Positions 56,661 to 64,000 of a stretch of 64,000 nt of DNA are shown in pieces (the stretch's first letter is position 1; every line of letters starts with the position of its first letter). Made by a program: the position numbers and the translations under genes. The stretch covers positions 4,204 to 68,203 of the forward strand of contig JAHLLM010000006.1 in NCBI GenBank assembly GCA_020444175.1, in the 5' to 3' direction. This stretch comes from Desulfobulbaceae bacterium (GTDB lineage Bacteria; Desulfobacterota; Desulfobulbia; Desulfobulbales; SURF-16). The notes beneath the pieces were generated by a model. The model made no database searches and was not told where the DNA came from. It saw nothing but the letters and a program-made list of their open reading frames with translations.

Positions 56661-59339
56661 TTATAGTCTCAAAGTGAATAGTTCAAACAACTCTTCATTG
56701 CTCATCTCTGTAATCCAGTTTTCACCGGACGCCGTGACAACTTCATTGGATAATTTTGCCTTCTGGGTAAGCATTTCGTCAATTTTTTCTTCTATAGTAC
56801 CCTTGGTCAGGAACTTATGAACCATGACATTTTTTTTCTGGCCAATACGAAAAGCCCTGTCCGTTGCCTGGTTTTCCACAGCTGGATTCCACCACCTATC
56901 AAAATGAATCACATGATTGGCCGCCGTCAAGTTAAGCCCCACCCCCCCTGCTTTTAGAGATAAAACAAAAAACGGAACATAGTCATGGCCTTGGAATTTT
57001 TCAATGAGTTCTTTTCTTTTTCCAACAGGAACGCTGCCATGGAGAACCAGGCCTTCCCTCTTGAATATGGTTGCTAAAAATTTAGATATAGGTCCGGTCA
57101 TTTCCTTAAATTGGGTAAATATCAAGACTTTTTCCCTTTTTTCATAGATCGTTTCACAGATCTCGCGCAGTCTCTGAAACTTACCACTCTCTTTTTCCTC
57201 AAACAGGTTCAGACCAAGATACTGATCTGGATGGTTACAGAGCTGCTTGAACTTCATCAGGGCAGATAAGATGAGGCCTTTTCTTTGGATCCCCTCTGAA
57301 TTTTCAATGATCTCCCTGATTCCATTTATGACTTTGCTGTAAAGTACAGTCTGTTTTTTACTCATTGCAGCCCAGGTCTTCACTTCTACTTTGTCGGGAA
57401 GATCGGAAATGATCGCTTTATCGGTCTTTAAACGCCTGAGGATGAAAGGGCTGACTACTTTTCGCAAGCCGGCATAACCATTGGGGTCTTTGGCAAGTTC
57501 CTTTGTAAAGCCGCTAAACTCCTTTGAGTTGCCAAGAAGTCCTGGGTTCAAAAAGTCGAAAAGGCTCCAGAGATCTGACAACCTGTTTTCAACCGGAGTG
57601 CCTGTCATGACAATTCTGTTGTTGGCTGACAGCTTCTTTACGGCCTTAGTCTGCTTTGTCCCTGGGTTTTTAATGGCCTGTGCTTCATCCAGAATAACAT
57701 AGTTCCAGGAGTACTCCTGCAGCCATGCATATCTCTGGGCCAAAGCGTAAGTCGTTATGACCAAATCCAATGCATCTAGTTTTTCCGGACTGAGCTCAGG
57801 CACCTTGCCTGGTTTATGGAGGTCGGGATGGGCGGCAAAGTATGCAAGACGAGGGTAAAACAACTCAATTTCATTGATCCAGTTTGAAAGCAGTGATGCA
57901 GGGATAATCAAAAGAGATGGGCCAGTTGCTTTGCCAACTTTCTTTGACTCTGTCTTGAGGGCATTGAGAAAAGCAAGTACCTGCACAGTCTTTCCCAACC
58001 CCATGTCATCGGCCAGGCAAGCGCCAAACTTCAACTTATGCAGGTAAAAAAGCCATTTCAAACCATCCTGCTGATAGCCACGGAGTTTGGCCTTGAATGT
58101 CTTAGCGATTTTGACAACGCCAATTTTTTCAGGATGGTGTAATTTTTCAAAAACTGATTGGAACCATTCACCATTTGAAACACCAGAAAGAACTTCATTA
58201 TCTTCCACGCCTAGCAGCTTCTGGGGGGTGATTGAGAGACGCATGGCATCGAGAATGCTGATCCCTTCATCTACATTTAGTTTCCGGGCCTTTTCATATG
58301 CATTAAGAGTCTGCTTTAATTTTTCTGGATCAACAGCAATCCACTTATTTTTTAAAAAAGCCAACCCCTCGGACTCATCAAGCAGGCGTCGAGCTTCTCT
58401 CTCTGATATTTCCACATCACCAATCATGAGACGGGGCCTGAAATCAAGCAGTGCATCCATGCCAACCATGGAAGGCGTTTTTTCCCCTATATTGATATTG
58501 AGGCCAATACTGGCTGCCTTTGCCTTCCACCAGTTGGGAATACGGCAGAGAATGCCGGATTCTTCATAAAGAGGTATCTCCTGCAAAAACGTAAAAGCTT
58601 CTTTTGTCGACCATGCCAGTGGGTAAAACAACTCGCCGGTATCCAGCAGATCCGCCACCAGCCTGCTCTGCTCTGCAGCATCATGAACGGTAACAAGAAG
58701 TTCTAGAAGCTTCTCATTATCGCCTTCATATTCTTCCAGGGCATACTTTAACGGCAGATGCTTGGACTCCCCCTCTTCGTTTAGCATTGTCGAATAGGTG
58801 GCAAGAAAAGCAAATGGAGCTTCACTATTTTTATTTTCAACTAAGTGGAAATAAATTCGGCCAACCAGGTGTACTTCGGGGCTGCATTCTTTGACAAACT
58901 CTGCAACAGAGCCATCGTAGGCTTCAATTTTTTGAGAAAATATCTCACCAAGCGCATCCCACAATGCGAGAAACACATCTTCATGCAAATACTCCCCCCC
59001 GGGCATCAAGGGAACCGTTTCTTGCAGAGCTGTGAGTTCCTCATCAGCAATGGGTATGACAATCTTGCCGCGCTGTTCTTCTATATCAGGGGTTAAGCTG
59101 AGTTTGCGTATGAAGAAACCCGAGAATCTGCGCCAAAAGCTTAAGGAGGGAGATAATGTTATCTTTTTATTGCAAAAGCCAAGGAAAAATAACCAGCTAT
59201 CCGGGGCTGCAGAATACTGCTCATAGATTTCATTTTGCAATAATTCACTGTGCTTATTGATCCTTCCGGTAGCAGGTAACCATTCAAGCTGTATTGTGCC
59301 ATCCAGCATCATTACCGCATTAAGTTCAGTGTATGCCAT
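56661..59339 (-). CDS. SNF2-family helicase/ATPase
   Basis: 892 aa with LADDMGLGKTVQ, VILDEAQAIKN, MTGTPVEN and QATDRAFRIGQ. Confidence 0.85.
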   Translation of the reverse strand: MAYTELNAVMMLDGTIQLEWLPATGRINKHSELLQNEIYEQYSAAPDSWLFFLGFCNKKITLSPSLSFWRRFSGFFIRKLSLTPDIEEQRGKIVIPIADEELTALQETVPLMPGGEYLHEDVFLALWDALGEIFSQKIEAYDGSVAEFVKECSPEVHLVGRIYFHLVENKNSEAPFAFLATYSTMLNEEGESKHLPLKYALEEYEGDNEKLLELLVTVHDAAEQSRLVADLLDTGELFYPLAWSTKEAFTFLQEIPLYEESGILCRIPNWWKAKAASIGLNINIGEKTPSMVGMDALLDFRPRLMIGDVEISEREARRLLDESEGLAFLKNKWIAVDPEKLKQTLNAYEKARKLNVDEGISILDAMRLSITPQKLLGVEDNEVLSGVSNGEWFQSVFEKLHHPEKIGVVKIAKTFKAKLRGYQQDGLKWLFYLHKLKFGACLADDMGLGKTVQVLAFLNALKTESKKVGKATGPSLLIIPASLLSNWINEIELFYPRLAYFAAHPDLHKPGKVPELSPEKLDALDLVITTYALAQRYAWLQEYSWNYVILDEAQAIKNPGTKQTKAVKKLSANNRIVMTGTPVENRLSDLWSLFDFLNPGLLGNSKEFSGFTKELAKDPNGYAGLRKVVSPFILRRLKTDKAIISDLPDKVEVKTWAAMSKKQTVLYSKVINGIREIIENSEGIQRKGLILSALMKFKQLCNHPDQYLGLNLFEEKESGKFQRLREICETIYEKREKVLIFTQFKEMTGPISKFLATIFKREGLVLHGSVPVGKRKELIEKFQGHDYVPFFVLSLKAGGVGLNLTAANHVIHFDRWWNPAVENQATDRAFRIGQKKNVMVHKFLTKGTIEEKIDEMLTQKAKLSNEVVTASGENWITEMSNEELFELFTLRL

Positions 59340-59366
59340 AGGAGTTTAGCGTTTTGTTAAATAGTG

Positions 59367-59639
59367 TTACTTAACTGCATCTGCCAAAGCTTTGCCTACT
59401 TTGAATTTGGCAACTTTCTTGGCAGCAATTTTTATTTCTTTTCCGGTTTGTGGATTACGACCAGTGCGGGCTGCTCTCTCTAATACTGAAAATGAGCCGA
59501 ATCCAACCAAAGTAACACTATCACCTTTGGACAGGGTGTCAGAAATCGCATCCATCATCCCCATGAGGGCTTTTTCTGCTGCAGCTTGCTGATATCTGCT
59601 GAATCTGCCATTACTGCGACAAGTTCTGATTTTGTTCAT
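59367..59639 (-). CDS. HU/IHF-family DNA-binding protein with an aberrant N-terminal helix
   Basis: LVGFGSFSVLERAARTGRNPQTGKEIKIAAKKVAKFKVGKALADAVK is canonical HU. Residues 4-18 are not, although an alternative frame of the same DNA is (see findings). Confidence 0.8.
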   Translation of the reverse strand: MNKIRTCRSNGRFSRYQQAAAEKALMGMMDAISDTLSKGDSVTLVGFGSFSVLERAARTGRNPQTGKEIKIAAKKVAKFKVGKALADAVK

Positions 59640-59779
59640 GTTTTTATCTCCTTGAAATATTGTTAATAATTGGATTATTCCTTAATGATTAATAAGTAGA
59701 CAGACCCAATACCAGTAAAACTGGTACAGCAGCCACATTTTAAAACTGCTAATGCTTTCTCACTCAACTTTCTGAGAAG

Positions 59780-60110
59780 ACTTAACGCGCTAAAATTACT
59801 GGATTATATCCAGCCGATCTCCTGCCTGATTCAATAAAGGAGATTGCTGCACCCATAATTGCATTGACCATGGCTGTTGTGGCCCTTGAGGAGTGGCCCA
59901 TAAGATCGACAAGAATATGGAGAGGCTCATGCTCCAAAGAAGAGGAGGCAGGTAAAGACTACAAAATAATAGCGAACCAGGCTTTTGAGCGGAATTTGGC
60001 GGCCAGCTTCCCACTGATCTTTGTCGGTCAGTCCTGAGATTGCCAACCCAGCCTCAGGAATTTCTCAATTCACCCCAGGTTGAACTTCTACAACCCAACA
60101 ACCACCTCAA
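59780..60110 (-). pseudogene. decayed tyrosine recombinase remnant, paralogous to 62070-62698
   Basis: A minus-strand frame reads ...EPLHILVDLMGHSSRATTAMVN, compared with LPLHILADLMGHSSTATTEIYT in the 62070 gene. Upstream frames give GLAISGLTDKD, compared with GCRISEALELTDRQ. Broken by stops. Confidence 0.45.
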
Positions 60111-60173
60111 ACTTGAAAATTGTGCTAAAAAAAGCACCATTTTTAGTCTATCGGCAATATGTCAATACTACCC

Positions 60174-60374
60174 CTAATCTTCCGGTTCCATTTTTCTTCC
60201 TTTCGGTTCTTTTGATTCGGGCCTAGTTCCGCGACGGGTTTCACCAGCAAGAGCAATTTTTTTATTTTTACCTATGTGGGGTGCCAGTTTGTCAAAAATC
60301 TTTTTTATTTCGTCGCGTGTTGGAGGTGGTGCAACTTGAGGCTTATCGTTGATAATATATTTTTTATCAGGCAT
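60174..60374 (-). CDS. small basic hypothetical protein (66 aa)
   Basis: A strong AAGGAGGG lies upstream of the ATG. No family recognised. Confidence 0.5.
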   Translation of the reverse strand: MPDKKYIINDKPQVAPPPTRDEIKKIFDKLAPHIGKNKKIALAGETRRGTRPESKEPKGRKMEPED

Positions 60375-60509
60375 AGCTTATTCCCTCCTTATAACTTTGG
60401 GTCAACACTTCATGATTTTTATCTATTCACGTTTAGGGGGGGTGTTCCATGTATTTCTCAAAATAAGCCGGGTTAAGGAGCCCCCCTGGATGTTTTCCAA
60501 AATTTAAAA

Positions 60510-60929
60510 TCACTTATTAATGAGCTTCTCCCTTTCCAAGAAGTCGCCAGCTTCATTAAAAAGCTCCGTCATAAACGCACTAGAAACCCCACTGGGTTTT
60601 GGATCCACCCACTCAATATCACCCATGGAACCATCGCCATTTATCTGCACAGAGAAACGGGGGAAAATATTACGCTCTAAGATATGATGCTCATCTTTTT
60701 CTTTCAGTGACCACGGTGATGAACATTTACATGGCCAAATGTAGTTATCTCGCAAGGAAGTTTTGAGTTCCTGTAACAGCCTTATCCCCGTTTCTGCAGA
60801 TAAGCTTCTTTTTATTGACACCTCATCACCGCTTCCATCTTGCTCAAGTGTAAATAGTATCAAATTTCCTTGATCATCTCTGTAAAAAGACGGAGATTTT
60901 GGGTGGTTAATTTTTGTCATGGTTTTCAT
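60510..60929 (-). CDS. hypothetical protein (139 aa) immediately downstream of a HigA-like gene
   Basis: The ORF starts 23 nt after the HigA-like stop on the same strand. No family recognised. Confidence 0.5.
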   Translation of the reverse strand: MKTMTKINHPKSPSFYRDDQGNLILFTLEQDGSGDEVSIKRSLSAETGIRLLQELKTSLRDNYIWPCKCSSPWSLKEKDEHHILERNIFPRFSVQINGDGSMGDIEWVDPKPSGVSSAFMTELFNEAGDFLEREKLINK

Positions 60930-60952
60930 TGCTAATTTGGTGGCATTGCGAT

Positions 60953-61252
60953 TTAGGCGACAGCCAAAGTTTTTATTTTTTTCACCTCTTGCCCCTCATT
61001 TTCTTTCACAAGGTCGATATCGTATTGTAGCTGTAGGCGTGAAAAATACCCTTCAGACACGCCAAAATACTTTGACAGCCGAATCCCGACCCTTGGAGTA
61101 ATGCTTCTGATACCCCGCAGGATTTCACTTAAGGCCATGCTTGAAATACCAGTGTCCTTTGCCACATTGTAGGCCGACAAACCTAAGGGCTCGAGAAATT
61201 CTTCTTTCAAGAAAACGCCAGGGTGTTCCAGAGGAATTAAATTTTTAGCCAT
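60953..61252 (-). CDS. HigA-family HTH antitoxin-like protein with no HigB partner upstream
   Basis: 99 aa with HPGVFLKEEFLEPLGLSAYNVAKDTGISSMALSEILRGIRSITPRVGIRLSKYFG. Confidence 0.75.
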   Translation of the reverse strand: MAKNLIPLEHPGVFLKEEFLEPLGLSAYNVAKDTGISSMALSEILRGIRSITPRVGIRLSKYFGVSEGYFSRLQLQYDIDLVKENEGQEVKKIKTLAVA

Positions 61253-61421
61253 TTGGGTTCCTCCTAAAAGCTTCCAGATAATTTAAAGGTGGTATTTTCA
61301 AATCGTTAATTCATTCCGAAAATCGCAAGAAGCTTTCTCCATGCCCGGCCTTGAATTTCAGGAGGAAATTTTTTTTGGTTATTTTATTGAGGTTTGGGGG
61401 TAAAGCATCCCCTACATCATT

Positions 61422-61718
61422 TCAAACAGCAAAAAGAAGTGCTTCATAGCTGTTCAAATCTATTTCTTTCCTTACCTTCCAAAGATTGTAGTTGTCCTGC
61501 ATCAACAACCAGCTTTCGGGAGATCGGCCCAAAACTTTTGATAGTTTCAACGCCATCGCCGGGGATACATTCGTTTTGCCATTGAGCAAACGGCTGACCA
61601 GTCCTGGGCTTACTTGCAGTTTGCGAGCCAGCTTATTTGAACTTACATTAAACGGTTCCAAATAAACCCTTTTTATAAATGCGCCTGGGTGCATAGGGTT
61701 GTGTTGTTGAATAGTCAT
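61422..61718 (-). CDS. higA: HigA antitoxin (XRE HTH)
   Basis: 98 aa with HPGAFIKRVYLEPFNVSSNKLARKLQVSPGLVSRLLNGKTNVSPAMALKLSKVLG. It follows higB by 18 nt. Confidence 0.8.
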   Translation of the reverse strand: MTIQQHNPMHPGAFIKRVYLEPFNVSSNKLARKLQVSPGLVSRLLNGKTNVSPAMALKLSKVLGRSPESWLLMQDNYNLWKVRKEIDLNSYEALLFAV

Positions 61719-61736
61719 TTTATACCCCCCAGTTCT

Positions 61737-62015
61737 TTAATGATAATCTTCATAATTGACCACATAGGCGTGACCGTCTTTAAATTCAAATATAAGCCTC
61801 CAGTTTCCGCTTACATTGACCGCCCACAACCCGGCGTGATCGCCTTTTAGTGAGTGGAGTCTCCATCCCGGTAAATCCATATCTTCTATTGTAAAAGCCG
61901 TATGGAGAGCTTGTAAACGTTCCTCCAATCTCGCAGCGTGATCAGGATTAATTCCCGCCGTACTTCCTGTTGTGAAAAAACTTTTCAAGCCTTTGTGCTT
62001 AAAGCTTTTTATCAT
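61737..62015 (-). CDS. higB: HigB (RelE/ParE superfamily, plasmid-maintenance killer) toxin
   Basis: Start taken at MIKSFKHKGLKSFF. Other motifs are LHSLKGDHAGLWAVNVSGNWRLIFEF and VNYEDYH. Confidence 0.8.
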   Translation of the reverse strand: MIKSFKHKGLKSFFTTGSTAGINPDHAARLEERLQALHTAFTIEDMDLPGWRLHSLKGDHAGLWAVNVSGNWRLIFEFKDGHAYVVNYEDYH

Positions 62016-62069
62016 AACCAATATATTATCAAGGTATTTACTGTTGCGCAACAGTAAATACCTTGGATG

Positions 62070-62698
62070 TTAAACCTTCCAGGCCTGCAGAACCATCTTT
62101 TGTTTTTCGCCAGCAAGCACGCGAGTATAGATTTCTGTTGTTGCTGTTGAAGAATGGCCCATGAGATCAGCAAGGATATGAAGAGGCAGAGGATTATCGC
62201 TTGTGACCATCGCAACTCCGAAACCATGGCGAAGGCCTTTCGGTGTAGCTTGTGGGCCTTCAATCTCTGCATTGCGCATAACCCTTTTTACCATCCTCCA
62301 TGCCGTTGTACGGCTCATGCTCCAAAACGGTACTGCAGAACCCTTTTGGGGCCCCCTACGACGTAGATCAAAAACAAGGTCAAAATATTCAATCACTTTT
62401 GAAGGCACCGGCACCGAGCGAAATTGAGGTTTTCTCTCTCTCTTCCCTGTTTATCGTGCTTTCTTTTTTTGAGGGTTCTAAAAATTATCGCTTGATCTTG
62501 GATAGAAATTTGCCGGTCCGTAAGTTCGAGGGCTTCAGATATTCGGCAGCCGGTGAAGTGAAGAACAGCGCAAAATACACGATTTTCCCTGTTCTCACTC
62601 TTGGAAGCTTCGAGGAAGCGGCTGCGCTCTGACTCGGAAAGATAAAGTCTTTTTCCGTGTTCATCAAAAAGGGTCATTTCCGGAAAGAATTTCGTCAT
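62070..62698 (-). pseudogene. small tyrosine recombinase split by a frameshift in a (TC)5/T4 tract
   Basis: ORF 62393-62698 (..FTGCRISEALELTDRQI..) and ORF 62070-62414 (..LRHGFGVAM..LMGHSSTATTEIYTRV) are consecutive halves of one recombinase. The frames switch around 62430-62446 (ttttctctctctcttcc). Confidence 0.7.
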
Positions 62699-63266
62699 GG
62701 TATCACCTGAAACAGTTCATATGTTTTGTTTCAAAATACATTAAAAAATGAGCAGGTCCAGGACGAAAAAATGGTGGATTGCGGGGGAGTCAAGGAGGCG
62801 GATGCAACAGATTCGGGGAATCCGAGAAAGAGACGTGTTGTTTGAAAATAACCTGAATTTTTAGAGATTCGGTGAAACGGAGGTGAGCCCTGCTGGGAAG
62901 CAACTCTCCAAGGGATAACCGGATGAGCGGCGAATGCCGTGGTGTCGGGGGAGTCTTCGGGATCCCCAATTTTTTAGGGGCAGAATATTCGCTGCTCCTT
63001 ATGCCTCAAAAAATCCCGGGGTTTGGGGCAGAGCCCCATAAAACAAAACTCTCAACTCTAAACATTATTTTTCGTGAATAGCTGTCATCATTCATCGCGA
63101 ACAGGCTCACCCTTCAAATGTACCGAAATCAACACTTCATATTGACTTGTACTTTCTATAAATTTCTTTTCTGACATAGCACACACACAATTACCCTCCC
63201 AAATTAAAATAACCTCCCATAGTAGGACTAGCGGGGACACTTGAACGACCCTTGCATTGCTCCATT

Positions 63267-63369
63267 AAGGTTGACACTCTCCCTTCGGGCAGGGTGTCTG
63301 CTTTCAGCTCCCTAACCCTCACTGCGTGGTGAGGGGATCAAGGTTGACAGTCGGCTGAGCCGCGCTGTC
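63267..63369 (+). repeat. structured repeat B, copy 3 (3' part replaced by leader A copy 2)
   Basis: aaggttgacactctcccttcgggcagggtgtc...ccctcactgcgtggtgaggg...gacagtcggctgagccgcgctgtc. Confidence 0.8.
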
Positions 63370-63401
63370 GTCTGTTTCGCCTTCAATGGCCATCACTTTT
63401 T

Positions 63402-63645
63402 GGCCGCGCTCTGCGTCCAGAGTCCCGCCACCGGCAAACTACCCCCGGTGTCATGCCGCCGGACAGATGCAGAGCCGGAATAATCTTTTGGTGGGCACCG
63501 TTTGTTTTACACAATAAGGATGCGCTCTTAGGTTCCGCGCTCTTGATCTTTTTTTGACCTTCCCTCGGTCGAGTGAAGGGAAGGCCAAAAAAATGGTTTT
63601 TATGAAGGAAGATCAACTAACTAACCTTACATGGAGAGGTGTGAA
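63402..63645 (+). promoter_or_regulatory. structured leader A, copy 2 (upstream of the methyltransferase)
   Basis: See 34255-34509. Confidence 0.6.
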
Positions 63646-64000
63646 ATGAGTGCAATAGTCGCCAAATTGAAAGAAAAAGATCAAGATTTTGAGTGGTACC
63701 CAACAACTCATGAAGTTCTTGAATGCGTTAAGTCTGATATGCGAAATCATTTTTGTGATTATGATGGATCGTTAAAGGCGGTTAGTATCCTTGATTGTGG
63801 GGCGGGTGATGGTCGTTGTCTTGATTATCTCACTCAGTACGGGAAAAAATACGCTATCGAAAAAAGCCAAGTTCTCTTAACACACATGGACCCGGATATT
63901 TTTATTGTTGGGACTGATTTTGAGCAATCAACTTTGATTGATAAAAAGGTTGATATGGTGTTCTGTAACCCGCCTTATTCTGACTATGAAGCATGGGCAT
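63646..64000 (+). CDS. SAM-dependent DNA methyltransferase (NPPY motif), 3' end outside the window
   Basis: The product reads MSAIVAKLKEKDQDFEWYPTTHEVL..., with motif I ILDCGAGDG and motif IV VFCNPPYSDY. It runs off the window, so it is absent from the ORF track. Confidence 0.75.
   Translation, partial: MSAIVAKLKEKDQDFEWYPTTHEVLECVKSDMRNHFCDYDGSLKAVSILDCGAGDGRCLDYLTQYGKKYAIEKSQVLLTHMDPDIFIVGTDFEQSTLIDKKVDMVFCNPPYSDYEAWA

Noticed and set aside
59796-60014. 72-aa minus-strand ORF listed in the track.
   Set aside because: A different frame over the same DNA reads recombinase-like LHILVDLMGHSS, homologous to the 62070 gene. The listed ORF is low complexity and probably fortuitous within a pseudogene.
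62860-62960. G-rich, hairpin-rich segment (ggtgaaacggaggtgagccc...gccgtggtgtcggggg) reminiscent of a riboswitch, for example cobalamin.
   Set aside because: It lacks the conserved cobalamin core box (GCCACTG) and the expected helix arrangement. It lies upstream of a recombinase pseudogene, not a metabolic or transport gene.

Overview
This window is a mosaic accessory or defence-island-like region. Guessing from PEP-CTERM, HAF-repeat and dockerin-like secreted proteins, it may come from an anaerobic proteobacterium-like genome. All family assignments below come from reading motifs by eye; no database search was run.

Recognisable content, left to right:
- A partial RTX/HExxH exoprotein gene that runs off the left edge.
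- A P-loop ATPase.
- A composite IS region with two DDE transposases. It ends in a 25-bp tandem repeat array that truncates a putAbiC-like abortive-infection gene.
- A very AT-rich 4.3-kb gene for a 1432-aa polytopic membrane protein with an LpxB-like (GT19) C-terminal domain.
- An IS5/IS1182 transposase fragment and a secreted EndoI+EEP nuclease.
- A complete, tightly coupled Shango-type TerB/ATPase/helicase operon.
- Several membrane and small-protein genes, a DUF2278 + EEP/LTD nuclease pair, and a NYN-domain gene preceded by a terminator-T9-G15 tract.
- An orphan 3-repeat CRISPR mini-array and a HAF-repeat protein.
- An ArdC anti-restriction gene split inside its HExxH motif by a recombinase-in-trio (RIT) element.
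- hipBA, abiEi/abiEii with two 41-bp perfect palindromic operators, and an integrase + WGR module.
- Large secreted proteins, an SNF2 + SWIM + ParB-like cluster, and an HU gene with a compensated frameshift.
- higBA and decayed integrases, then the 5' end of an NPPY methyltransferase.

The least explained signal is non-coding. Several families of long structured repeats sit between the gene cassettes:
- A ~250-nt leader is shared by ArdC and the methyltransferase.
- A ~140-nt hairpin-rich element occurs three times and brackets hipBA.
- An E/F/D repeat family occurs at five loci, including both flanks of Shango.

No rRNA or tRNA genes were found.
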